A DNA stretch of 64,000 nt from Vicinamibacteria bacterium (GTDB lineage: Bacteria > Acidobacteriota > Vicinamibacteria > Marinacidobacterales > Marinacidobacteraceae). Below are positions 38,231 through 47,354 of this stretch, piece by piece. Within the stretch, counting starts at the first letter, position 1; each line of letters opens with the position of its first letter. A program made the position numbers and the translations under genes. The DNA lies in NCBI GenBank assembly GCA_964291235.2, contig OZ219815.1, positions 1,056,001 to 1,120,000 of the forward strand. The letters are read 5' to 3'. The notes below the pieces were generated by a model. That model was not told the DNA's origin and made no database searches. It saw nothing but the letters and a program-made list of their open reading frames with translations.

Positions 38231-39036
38231 AGGCTACTCAGTTCCTCCCAGGCTTCCCCCGGAAGCGGAAGTCCCCTGTCGAGCACGGTGTCCGCCACCC
38301 GGTCGGCTTCGAAACGGCGCCCGTTCGGCGCCCCCTCCGGGTTCCCCGGCAAAAGGGCGAAGGCGGCGAACGCCGGGCCGAGCGCCTCCGAGGAGCCCCA
38401 GGCTCTCTGGCCCGCGGGAAGCGCGGCTTCTTCGGCGCGAGAGAGGCCGGTGGGTTTGATGCGCCGGGCCCCCGGCGTGATCGTGTTGGCGAAGAGCCCC
38501 GCGCCGGCGCACTCTTCGGCGATCGCCTTGGCGAGGCCTTCCGTCCCGAACTTGGTGGCGCAGTAGACGGCTTCCCCGGCAAAACCCATGATGGCCGCCT
38601 GCGAGCTGGTCAGCAGAATCGAGCCGCCGCTCCCCGCGCGCAGTTCGGGCATCAGTTCCCGCACCAGACAAAAGGCCGAACCGAGGTTCACGGCCACCAT
38701 CTCGTCCCACTGCGCATCCGTCGTCTCCTCGACCGGCTGCACGTGAAACACCGCCGCGCAGTGGACGAGCGCGGTGAGGTCTCCCCGCGAGATTTCCCTC
38801 GCGCGTCTCGCCGCCCGGAGGGTGGCGTCCCGGTCGGCGAGGTCGCAGACCAACGGATGGAAGGGGCCGGGCCCCCGGCTGGCCGCCGTCTCGACGGTCG
38901 TCCGGAGCTCGTCCCCGGAGCGGTCCAGCAGGATGCACTCGGCGCCCTCTTCGGCGAGTCCCCACGCGGCCGAGGCGCCGAGTCCGCGGGCGGCGCCGGT
39001 GACCAGGACGCGGCGTCCCAGAAGTCTCTCGCCCAT
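38227..39036 (-). CDS. SDR family oxidoreductase
   Basis: TGAARGLG, YCATK. Confidence 0.9.
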   Translation of the reverse strand: MGERLLGRRVLVTGAARGLGASAAWGLAEEGAECILLDRSGDELRTTVETAASRGPGPFHPLVCDLADRDATLRAARRAREISRGDLTALVHCAAVFHVQPVEETTDAQWDEMVAVNLGSAFCLVRELMPELRAGSGGSILLTSSQAAIMGFAGEAVYCATKFGTEGLAKAIAEECAGAGLFANTITPGARRIKPTGLSRAEEAALPAGQRAWGSSEALGPAFAAFALLPGNPEGAPNGRRFEADRVADTVLDRGLPLPGEAWEELSSL

Positions 39037-40190
39037 CAGCCCGGCAAGATCCCCCGCAGCAGGTATGCCGTGCCGAACCCGAGGTAGTTGCCGAACCCGT
39101 AGCCAAAGATCCCCATGATCACGGCCGGCGCGATCCGGTGCTTCCACTTGAGCGCCATCCCGAGCGCCAGTGCGGAACCGGGCCCGCCCACCGCGGCCTG
39201 GCTCGACAGGGTGATGGTCGCCAGATCAAACCGGAGGAGCCAGCCGAACCCGTAGAGCACCGCTCCGTGGATCAGGATGATCAGGATCATGTAGAAGAAG
39301 AGCCACGGCCCCGCCGCCACCACCTCGCGGACGTCGGAACCGGCGCCGATCACGATGAAGAACAGGTGGAGGGCGAAGTAGGACAGCATCGCGGAGCCGC
39401 TCAACCGCTGGATCGCCGGGATCTGACCCAGGATCAGCGCGATGGTGGTCAGCCACAGGACTTCGGGAATCCCGGGGAGCACCTGGGCGAAGAGTCCGGC
39501 GGCGGCCAGCGCGAGCAGCGGGATGGCCGCGAGGATTGCGAGGTGGGTGATCGAGATCGCGCTCTCGGTCCAGGTGCGGCGAAGAGCGTCGGTGTCCACC
39601 TCGGTGTCGTCGGCCATCGCATCGGTCGCATCCGGCTTCGCTCGCCGCAGGAAGATCCCCGCGAGCGCCGAAGCGAGCGCCACCTGGCCGAGCATCCAGG
39701 GCACGGTGGAGAGGTTGTCCACCACGAAGGCGCCGGCGAAGAGGCTCGGGGTCATCTCGAGCCCCTGGCCCACCGCCGCGAAGTTGAGACCGCCGCCCCA
39801 GAACGCTCCCGCGAACGTCCCGCCCAGCTTCCAGGTCTCCGGACCCAGGAGTCCGGCGAAGAGCATGCTGGCGACGAAGGCCCCCACGAAGGTACCGAAG
39901 CCCGCGAGCCCGAAACCCGCCACCATGCGGGGGCCGGCGCTCTTCAGGTCGGACAGCCGGGTGGACAGGACGAAGAGCACGATCGCGTAGGGAATCGCGT
40001 AGCGCGAGAGCGAACCCATGAACTCGCCGCCGCGCGGGATCAGCCCGATATTGGCGAGCAGGATGCCGAGGAGGGTGCAGACGACCGCGGAGCTGATCTT
40101 CTGGATGGCCGGATAACGCTCCTCCGCTTGCCGGGCCGCCGCAATGATGAGCAGCAGGAAGGCGAGCAGCAGGAGGGGCTGGGCGATCAC
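39036..40190 (-). CDS. DUF819-family membrane protein (putative transporter)
   Basis: Multi-TM; WGGGLNF and SQAAVGGP motifs. Confidence 0.8.
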   Translation of the reverse strand: MIAQPLLLLAFLLLIIAAARQAEERYPAIQKISSAVVCTLLGILLANIGLIPRGGEFMGSLSRYAIPYAIVLFVLSTRLSDLKSAGPRMVAGFGLAGFGTFVGAFVASMLFAGLLGPETWKLGGTFAGAFWGGGLNFAAVGQGLEMTPSLFAGAFVVDNLSTVPWMLGQVALASALAGIFLRRAKPDATDAMADDTEVDTDALRRTWTESAISITHLAILAAIPLLALAAAGLFAQVLPGIPEVLWLTTIALILGQIPAIQRLSGSAMLSYFALHLFFIVIGAGSDVREVVAAGPWLFFYMILIILIHGAVLYGFGWLLRFDLATITLSSQAAVGGPGSALALGMALKWKHRIAPAVIMGIFGYGFGNYLGFGTAYLLRGILPG

Positions 40191-41245
40191 GGAACGCTCC
40201 CCGCGTCACGCGACTTCGGTTTCCGCTGTTGGGGCGGCTCGACCTCGACGAACTCCGCGTCGCCGCAGAAGAGCGTCCAGTCACCCGCCGTCGTCGAGGG
40301 ACAGGTGCGGAATCCGAAGAGCACGCCGTCACAGGGAGCGTTCAGATCTTCGACGGGATTCCCGAGCAGATCGAGGATCCGGAGGAGGGTCTGTCCCTTC
40401 GTGATGGGCCGCTTCAGGTGGTCGCCCGCCTCGCCCGCGGCCGGGCTGAGGATGCCGCTGCCGCTGGCCCGCACCACGCTCTGCCGGCCGCGCCAGAGCT
40501 TTGGCGCGTAGGCGGCGTCGCCTTCGAGGAGGCCGTAGTGGCGGCAGACGTTGTCGATGGCGCGCTTCAGGATGTCCACGTTCTCGCGGAACATCCCCGG
40601 CATGGTCCCGGCGCTGCCCCCGAGTTCCACGGTGATGCCGGCCTTGCCCGCCGGGGTCATCGCCGCCATCGGCGAGCCGGCCGGGTGCGGGGTATCCAGC
40701 ACGATGGTCCAGTCGGGGCCCATCGCCTGGGCGAGTTCGAGCCCCAGCGGGTCTTCCGAGGTGGTGAAGATCGTCTCGCCGAGGTAGCAGATGTTGCCGC
40801 CGGAATGGAAGGTGATCTCGATGTCGGCAACGCTCGCGGCCGTTTCGGCGTGGACCGCGGCGATCCGGTCGGTCAGGTACCCCGCGGGGTTGCCCGGGTA
40901 GATCCGGTTCATGTCGTGGCTGTGAGTGTCACGGGGGTTGCCCCGGGCCATGGCCTCGAACGCTCCCACGTTCATCAGCGGAACCGCGACCACCGCGCCG
41001 GAGAGGGCCTTCGGGTCGAGTTCCCGGACGAACTCGGCAACCGCGAGGGTCCCCTCCTGTTCGTCGCCGTGAATGCCGCCGTCGATGAGCAGCACCGGCC
41101 CGGGCTTGGTTCCGTTCGCAATGAGCACCGGGAATCCGAGCGCGGTTCCGTCCACCCGGTGGACCGCCGGAACGAATCCGGCGGCGCAGCTACCGGGCGC
41201 GCAGCGAACCGGGCCGACCGAGAGATCCTGTTGTTGTTTCGTCAT
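40187..41245 (-). CDS. Succinylglutamate desuccinylase/aspartoacylase-family deacylase
   Basis: GGIHGDE, DMNRIYPG, FHSGG, TVELGG; ATG at 41245. Confidence 0.88.
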   Translation of the reverse strand: MTKQQQDLSVGPVRCAPGSCAAGFVPAVHRVDGTALGFPVLIANGTKPGPVLLIDGGIHGDEQEGTLAVAEFVRELDPKALSGAVVAVPLMNVGAFEAMARGNPRDTHSHDMNRIYPGNPAGYLTDRIAAVHAETAASVADIEITFHSGGNICYLGETIFTTSEDPLGLELAQAMGPDWTIVLDTPHPAGSPMAAMTPAGKAGITVELGGSAGTMPGMFRENVDILKRAIDNVCRHYGLLEGDAAYAPKLWRGRQSVVRASGSGILSPAAGEAGDHLKRPITKGQTLLRILDLLGNPVEDLNAPCDGVLFGFRTCPSTTAGDWTLFCGDAEFVEVEPPQQRKPKSRDAGSVP

Positions 41246-41268
41246 GTGGGGTCTGCTTTCCTCGGTTT

Positions 41269-42279
41269 TCAGGCCGTTCGGGCGGCATGGTTGCGAATCG
41301 CGGCGGCCACGCGCACGAAGAGCTCGCGCTGCCCGCCGGCGCCGGCGCCGCCGGTGTGCGGGGCGAGCACCAAACGCGGAGTGTCCACGAAGGGATGGTC
41401 CGCGGGAAGGGGTTCCTCCCGGAACACATCGAGTCCGGCGCCCCCGAGTCTCCCGTCCCGAAGCCGCTCGGCCAGTTCGGCCTCGTCCACGAGCCCGCCG
41501 CGCGCGGTGTTCACCAGGATCGCTCCCGGCTTCATCCGGTCGAGCGCCGGTCCGTCCAGCATGTTCTCGGTTTCCGGGGTGTGGGGGAGGTGGAGGCTCA
41601 GGACGTCGGAGTCCGCCAGGAGTTCTTCGACCGAGGCCACCGGTTCCACCCCGAGTCGGCGGTTCCAGGCGGCGGAGAGCGGCCGCCGCTGGTAGTAGCG
41701 GATGCGCATCCCGAAGCCGGCGGCCCGGCGCGCGACTTCCTGGCCGATGGCGCCGAAGCCCACGAGCCCCAACTGGAGACCGTCGAGGATGAAGGCGTCC
41801 TTTTGTCCCAGCCAGTTGAAGGCGAAGAAGCGTTCGGTCGTGACCTGCGGTTCCAGACCGCGTTCCCGGTAGGCGCCCGCCCGGACGCCCTCGTGGCCCT
41901 CCACGACCCGGCGGGCCACGGCCAGGAGCAGGCCGAGCGTGTGGTCCGCGACCGCGATCGCGCCGGGGTGCGGAATGGCGAGCACGGGAACGCCCCGGCT
42001 CCGGGCCGCCCGGAGGCTCACCGCGATCGGGTTTCGGCCGAGCGCGACCACCAGCGAAGGCTTCGCGGCGTCGAGTTCGCGCCCCCCCACCGGCCGTTTT
42101 CTCGCGATAAGCACTTCCGTGTCGCGGATCGCGGACTCGACCGCCGACGGGGCGTCGCTGTCCGGAATCCGCAGCTCGAATCCGGAAAGCGCCTGGGTCG
42201 CCATCTGGTGGACGAAATCGGGGGGCCGCTCGCAAAAGGCCACCGCGAAGTCACGGGGAGACGCTGCGTCTTGGGACAT
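41269..42279 (-). CDS. D-2-hydroxyacid dehydrogenase family
   Basis: GFGAIG, NTARG, LDVFREEP, PHTGG. Confidence 0.92.
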   Translation of the reverse strand: MSQDAASPRDFAVAFCERPPDFVHQMATQALSGFELRIPDSDAPSAVESAIRDTEVLIARKRPVGGRELDAAKPSLVVALGRNPIAVSLRAARSRGVPVLAIPHPGAIAVADHTLGLLLAVARRVVEGHEGVRAGAYRERGLEPQVTTERFFAFNWLGQKDAFILDGLQLGLVGFGAIGQEVARRAAGFGMRIRYYQRRPLSAAWNRRLGVEPVASVEELLADSDVLSLHLPHTPETENMLDGPALDRMKPGAILVNTARGGLVDEAELAERLRDGRLGGAGLDVFREEPLPADHPFVDTPRLVLAPHTGGAGAGGQRELFVRVAAAIRNHAARTA

Positions 42280-42283
42280 CGGT

Positions 42284-43225
42284 TCAGAGCACCACAAAGA
42301 TCAGATAGGCCGCGTAGGCGGCGAGCAGGACGACGCCTTCTCCCCGGGCGATGCGGCGGCCGGTGAGCATGAACACCCCGGCCAACAGGGTAAGCAGGAG
42401 CACGCCCGGGACCTCGGCGGTCGCCAGACTGGATTCGATCGCCACCGGCGTGACGGAGGCCGAGATTCCGAGCGCCCCGAGAACGTTGAACAGGTTGCTC
42501 CCGATCACGTTGCCGGCGACGATCTGGATCTGACCGCGCCTGGCGGCCGCCACCGAAGTCGCCAGTTCCGGCAGCGAGGTTCCGATCGCCACCAGCGTGA
42601 ACCCAATGACCGTTTCGGAGGCTCCGAGCGCCCGGGCGATGTCGCTCGCGCCGCGCACCAGCAGTTCGGCGGCAACCAGCAGCGCGATCAGCCCCACGGC
42701 GGTCGTCGTCAGGCTCCGTCCCACCGAGGACCCGCCTTCCTCGCCGTCCGGGCCGGCGGAATCGGCCGCGGTCGCCCCGCGTCCCCAGCGGACGGAAAGG
42801 ACATTAAAGAGGATGAGCGCCGCGACGAGCGTGAACCCGACCGGCCGCGAGACCACCCCGGCAGTGGCCAGCGGCCAGAGGAGGATGGTGGCGGCGAGCA
42901 TGAACCAGAACTCCCGCCGGAGCAGTCCGCGCGGAATCGCGAACGGGGTCATGACCGCCGTGAACCCGAGGATCAATCCGAGGTTGGCGGCATTGCTTCC
43001 GATGACATTGCCCACCGCGAGCCCCGGACTGTCGCCGAGCACGGCGACCAGACAGGTGCCGATCTCCGGCGCGGAGGTGCCGTAGGCGACGACGGTGAGC
43101 CCGATGACCAACGGGCTGATGTGAAACCGGCGCGCCAGCCCCGAAGCGCCGTCCACGAACCAGTCGGCCCCGTAGAAGAGGCCGACAAACCCAAGGACGA
43201 CGAAGACGCTGGCGAGGAGAATCAA
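42284..43225 (-). CDS. Ca2+/Na+ antiporter (YrbG-like)
   Basis: Alpha repeats GTSAPE/GSN and GTSLPE/GSN. Confidence 0.93.
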   Translation of the reverse strand: MILLASVFVVLGFVGLFYGADWFVDGASGLARRFHISPLVIGLTVVAYGTSAPEIGTCLVAVLGDSPGLAVGNVIGSNAANLGLILGFTAVMTPFAIPRGLLRREFWFMLAATILLWPLATAGVVSRPVGFTLVAALILFNVLSVRWGRGATAADSAGPDGEEGGSSVGRSLTTTAVGLIALLVAAELLVRGASDIARALGASETVIGFTLVAIGTSLPELATSVAAARRGQIQIVAGNVIGSNLFNVLGALGISASVTPVAIESSLATAEVPGVLLLTLLAGVFMLTGRRIARGEGVVLLAAYAAYLIFVVL

Positions 43226-43339
43226 GCGGAAAGGCCGGCACGGGGCCGGCTACGCGCTGCGCCAGAGGACCGGGCTGGGGGCGGCGACTCTACCAAAGGG
43301 AGGTGGCCCCACACCGCCCGTTTCCAGGTCGGCAGAGGC

Positions 43340-43670
43340 ACGGGAAGCCCGGCCTCCAGCTCAACAGCCTTGGTGTCGCACGGGCACGGGAACGCCGGCC
43401 TCCAGGCCGGCACAGCCCGCCGCCGGCGGGCGGCGGGACGGACCCTCCACCGTCAGGATGGTTCCCTCACGGCGGAACCCCCAGCAGCCCCGACGGCGCA
43501 CGGGCACGGGAACGCCGGCCTCCAGGCCGGCACAGCCCGCCGCCGGCGGGCGGCGGGACGGACCCTCCAGCGTCAGGATGGTTCCCCTCTCGGCGGGGAC
43601 TCCAGCAGCCCCGACGGCGCACGGGCACGGGAACACCGGCCTCTAGGCCGGCGGCGGGACGGACCCTCCA
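43340..43670 (+). repeat. REP-like tandem array (about 120-bp units)
   Basis: Near-identical units starting at about 43378 and 43498, partial unit at about 43619. Confidence 0.9.
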
Positions 43671-43741
43671 TGTCCGTTGCGATGTGAAAAAGTCGGAGTG
43701 AAGTTCGGGACCCCCCACCGCGCCGCCGCACAATTGCTCCC

Positions 43742-44212
43742 ATGAACGCCCAACACAAAGTCCGGACGTGCCTCTGGTTCGAAAGCGGCGGCGAAGAAGC
43801 CGCCCGTTTCTACGTCACCCTCCTCCCGGACAGCCGCATCGAGTCCGTCTTCCGCACCGCGCCCGATCAGCCGCCGCTGGTGGTGGACTTCACCCTCGGG
43901 GGCGCGCCGTACCAGATCCTGAACGGCGGCCCCGAGGTTTCCCAGTCGGCAGCGGTCTCGATCTCGGTGGTGACCGAGGATCAGGCGGAGACCGACCGGC
44001 TCTGGGACGCCCTTATTGCCAACGGCGGTGACGAAGGGAAGTGTTCCTGGCTGACTGATCGCTTTGGGGTCTCCTGGCAGATCGTCCCGCGCGCCCTGAT
44101 CGAGGGCCTGACGGCCGACGATCCCGCCGCGGCGGGGCGGGCGTTCCAGGCGATGCTCACCATGAACAAGATCGACGTGGCGGGCATTGAGGCCGCGGTC
44201 CGGGGGGATTGA
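43742..44212 (+). CDS. VOC/PhnB-like protein (3-demethylubiquinone-9 3-methyltransferase family)
   Basis: TCLWF...EEAARFY, LNGGP, CSWLTDRFGVSWQIVP, MNKIDVA. Confidence 0.92.
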   Translation: MNAQHKVRTCLWFESGGEEAARFYVTLLPDSRIESVFRTAPDQPPLVVDFTLGGAPYQILNGGPEVSQSAAVSISVVTEDQAETDRLWDALIANGGDEGKCSWLTDRFGVSWQIVPRALIEGLTADDPAAAGRAFQAMLTMNKIDVAGIEAAVRGD

Positions 44213-44249
44213 GAGAGGACCGAGCAGACGATGAATCCTGACGTGGGCG

Positions 44250-44310
44250 GGGCCGTCCCGCCGCCCCGCCTGCGGCGGGGCTGTGCCGGCCTGGAGGCCG
44301 GCGTTCCCCG
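44250..44310 (-). repeat. REP-like unit
   Basis: CCCGCCTGCGGCGGGGCTGTGCCGGCCTGGAGGCCGGCGTTCCC. Confidence 0.8.
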
Positions 44311-44367
44311 GCCTACCCGCCGTGTGGTTGAGCCCGAATGCGAGCGCTTCGCCTCCCCGCCGGGGTG

Positions 44368-44425
44368 GGTTTTCCACGGATTCCACAACGCGGTTTTCCA
44401 CAGCGGTGTGGAAATGTGGAAAACC
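44368..44425. promoter_or_regulatory. Inverted repeat containing five DnaA-box-like 9-mers
   Basis: TTTTCCACG, GATTCCACA, TTTTCCACA, TGTGGAAAT, TGTGGAAAA. Confidence 0.45.
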
Positions 44426-44664
44426 TGGGCGCCGGGATCGCCCGCGCGAAACGGATGGCGGGCTAGAGTTTCCGCGGAACACACGAGCGGTCTGGATCGT
44501 TGAATCTGGCGACCCGATCGAACGTGGCCTGGGGGGAGCGTGAGAGTCCGGTAAGGGGCGCCTCACCCCCCGGCCGGGCGAGGAGTGGGTCGTTACCGCG
44601 CGGGTAGCGAACTCGCCGCGGGCGCGGCGGAGGCACCCCCTCCACCGAAAGGAGAGGAGAACCG

Positions 44665-46239
44665 ATGAGATTGCTCGAAGCGCGCGGCATATCCCGGCGG
44701 CAGCTCCGCGCCACGGTCCTGGTCGCGGGGGTCGTGCTCCTGGCCCTGGTGCGGGTGGCCGCCGCGGCCCAGGGCCCGGGCCAAGGCTCGGCGGAACTGC
44801 GGGAAGGCGCCATCACCGACCGCGTCCTGGACCAGTACCGTGACCTCCTGGCGCAGGAAACCCTCGCCTTCACGATTTCGCAGGCGGTGGATGTCGCTTC
44901 CGAGCTGCACCCCGAGGTGCGCCTCAATCGCGAGCGGCTGGCCGAGTTCCCCAGTCTGGTCCGGGACGCGCGCTCTCCCTACCTGCCTCAACTGGACCTC
45001 AGCCTCCAGGTGGCGCAGACGCGCGATCCCGGATTCCGGAACAGTCCTTTCTTCTCCCGGCTCATCGACGATCCCGGGGCCTCGCCTTTCGGCGCCGGCG
45101 ATTTCGGCGGTGCTTTCACGTTCGGCACCTACCTGTGGAATCTCCAGGCCTCGCAGGTGCTTTGGAGCTTTGGTCTTCGCCCGTCGCTTCGCGGGGTGGA
45201 CGTCGGCCGGATGCGCGTCGAGGCCGACCTCGAAGAAGTGCAGAACCGGGTCGCGCGCGACACCGTCACCCGGCTCTATTCCTACCTGCTCGGTCTGCGG
45301 ACCCGCGAGGTGCTCCGCCAGGCGGTCGAGACCAGCGAACGCGGCCTGGCAATCGCCCGCGACCGTCTTGAACTGGGGGCGGGCGCTCGCCTCGACGTCC
45401 TGCGGGCCCGCGTGCAGGTTTCCCGGCTTCGCCGGCAACTGTCGGACGCCGAGGATGCCGTCGCGCTGGAGCGGGCCGGAATCAACGCGCTGGTAGGCCG
45501 GGAGCAGTCGAAGGCGATCGAGGTTCTCGATGTCCTGGAACTGCCGAACCCGCTGCCGCGCGTGCTGCCGGCGGCAGCCTTGATGGAACTCGCCGTTCAG
45601 CAGCGGCCGACGCTGCGCCAGTTCGCGCTCGATCGCGAACTGCTCGAAACCCAGGCCCACATCGCGCGGGCCGACGCGCGTCCCGAGATTCGGGCGAACG
45701 CCTCGTACGGGATCAACACCTTCACCCTGGAAAACACCTACGACCTGCAACTGCACAACTGGAACGCCGGGGTGACGCTGAACTGGAATCTCTTTGATGG
45801 ATTCGGCACCGGCTCCCGGGTCGCCAGTCTTCGCTCGCAGATGACCCAAAACGATTGGGAGGCCAACGAGTACGAGGCCACTCTCGAAGTGACGCTGCGC
45901 AACGCCACCGCGAATTGGCAGGCCGCGCTCACCGCGATCGAGGAGGCGACGCTCGCCCTCGAAGAGGCTGCGGAAGTGGAGCGGGTTGCGACCGAAGAAC
46001 TCCAGGCCGGAGCCGCAACGCCCTACCTGGTGCTGGAGAGCGCCCAGGCCCGCCGGGAGGTGGAACTCGAGCGAGCCCAGCACACCCGCGACGCCCTGAG
46101 CGCCCTCGCGGAACTGAAATACCTCGTCGGGTACCCGGCGAACGCTCCGCATTCGGTGGTCTCGGACACGATCCCGACCGCCGCCGCGGACGATTCGGAA
46201 ACCGGGCCCGCAATGCCCGAATTGGAGGAACAACGGTGA
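44665..46239 (+). CDS. TolC-family outer membrane efflux protein
   Basis: Signal peptide; YLPQLDLS, RLELGAGARLDVLRA, QRPTL, WNLFDGF; precedes the MFP and RND genes. Confidence 0.9.
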   Translation: MRLLEARGISRRQLRATVLVAGVVLLALVRVAAAAQGPGQGSAELREGAITDRVLDQYRDLLAQETLAFTISQAVDVASELHPEVRLNRERLAEFPSLVRDARSPYLPQLDLSLQVAQTRDPGFRNSPFFSRLIDDPGASPFGAGDFGGAFTFGTYLWNLQASQVLWSFGLRPSLRGVDVGRMRVEADLEEVQNRVARDTVTRLYSYLLGLRTREVLRQAVETSERGLAIARDRLELGAGARLDVLRARVQVSRLRRQLSDAEDAVALERAGINALVGREQSKAIEVLDVLELPNPLPRVLPAAALMELAVQQRPTLRQFALDRELLETQAHIARADARPEIRANASYGINTFTLENTYDLQLHNWNAGVTLNWNLFDGFGTGSRVASLRSQMTQNDWEANEYEATLEVTLRNATANWQAALTAIEEATLALEEAAEVERVATEELQAGAATPYLVLESAQARREVELERAQHTRDALSALAELKYLVGYPANAPHSVVSDTIPTAAADDSETGPAMPELEEQR

Positions 46240-47339
46240 CAGTCACCGCGCACGGTCCAACCCGAGGGGCAAGCGCCCCGCGACTCCTGCTCGGCTTTGC
46301 GGGAGGCGCCCTGCTCCTGCTGGGCGCTTCCTGCGGCCAGGAAGACGGTTTCGCTGCCGAACCGGAAGTGGACGGCGCGGATGCCGTTGACCTGCGTCCG
46401 GCGGTGGAAACCGCTCCCATCCTCCCCGAGTCCCTCACCGACGTCCTGGAGATCTCCGGCCGTCTCGAACCACGGGCCGAAGTGATGATCTCCTCCGAAC
46501 TCGGGGGCGCGGTCGAGGAGGTGCGTTTCGACAAGGGAGACCGGATCGAAGCGGGCGCGCTGCTGGCTCGCGTCGGTTCGGACCTGCTGCGTGCGGCCCT
46601 GGCCGAAAGCGAAGCGGAACTCGAGGGGGCCCGCCTCGACTACACGCAGGCCAAGCTCCTGGTGGAGCGCGAGGCGAGTCCCGCCCAGGACTTCCTCGGG
46701 GCGGAAGTGAACCTGAAGCGGTTCGAGGCCCGGGTCGAGGCGGCGCGTTTGCGGCTGACCCGTTCGGAAATCACCGCGCCGGCGTCGGGCGTGATCGTCC
46801 AGCGGGACATCGAACCCGGCGAAGTGCTCGGCCCCGGGAGTCCGGTGGCCGTGCTCCATGACACCTCGGTCCTGCGCGCCACGATCGGGATTCCCGAGAC
46901 CGACATCGCCTTCTTCTCGATAGGAAGTCCCGCCCAGGTCAGCCTGGACGCCTACCCGGACCGGTCCTTCGAGGGCCGCATCGCCTACATCGCATCCAGC
47001 GCCACGCGTCCCGGCCGGAACTTCCAGGCTGAGGTGGAGGTCGCCAACGCCGATGGAACGCTGCGCTCCGGGCTGATTGTCCGGACCCGGCTGCAGCGGC
47101 GCATCTTCGAAGATGCGGTCGTGGTCGCGCGTGACGTTCTCGTGGAACGGGACGGGATCCTCCACGCATTCGTCCTCGAGGACGGGGTCGCGGGACTCCG
47201 TTCCGTAGCGCTCGGCCCCGACGAGGGTGACCTGGTGGTGATCACCTCCGGGCTGGCGGTCGGCGAAGTCCTGATCACCGGCGGGCACCGCAACCTGCTC
47301 GACGGCCAGCCGGTACGGGTGGTTTCCCGGACCGACTAA
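46236..47339 (+). CDS. RND periplasmic adaptor (MFP) lipoprotein
   Basis: GTG at 46236; lipobox GASC; ITAPASG, LRSGL, GLAVGEVLIT. Confidence 0.92.
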   Translation: MTVTAHGPTRGASAPRLLLGFAGGALLLLGASCGQEDGFAAEPEVDGADAVDLRPAVETAPILPESLTDVLEISGRLEPRAEVMISSELGGAVEEVRFDKGDRIEAGALLARVGSDLLRAALAESEAELEGARLDYTQAKLLVEREASPAQDFLGAEVNLKRFEARVEAARLRLTRSEITAPASGVIVQRDIEPGEVLGPGSPVAVLHDTSVLRATIGIPETDIAFFSIGSPAQVSLDAYPDRSFEGRIAYIASSATRPGRNFQAEVEVANADGTLRSGLIVRTRLQRRIFEDAVVVARDVLVERDGILHAFVLEDGVAGLRSVALGPDEGDLVVITSGLAVGEVLITGGHRNLLDGQPVRVVSRTD

Positions 47340-47354
47340 TCCAAGAGAACCGCC

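Noticed and set aside
44368-44425. Chromosomal origin oriC
   Set aside because: No AT-rich unwinding element and no dnaA/dnaN/gidA context; kept only as a DnaA-box-like cluster
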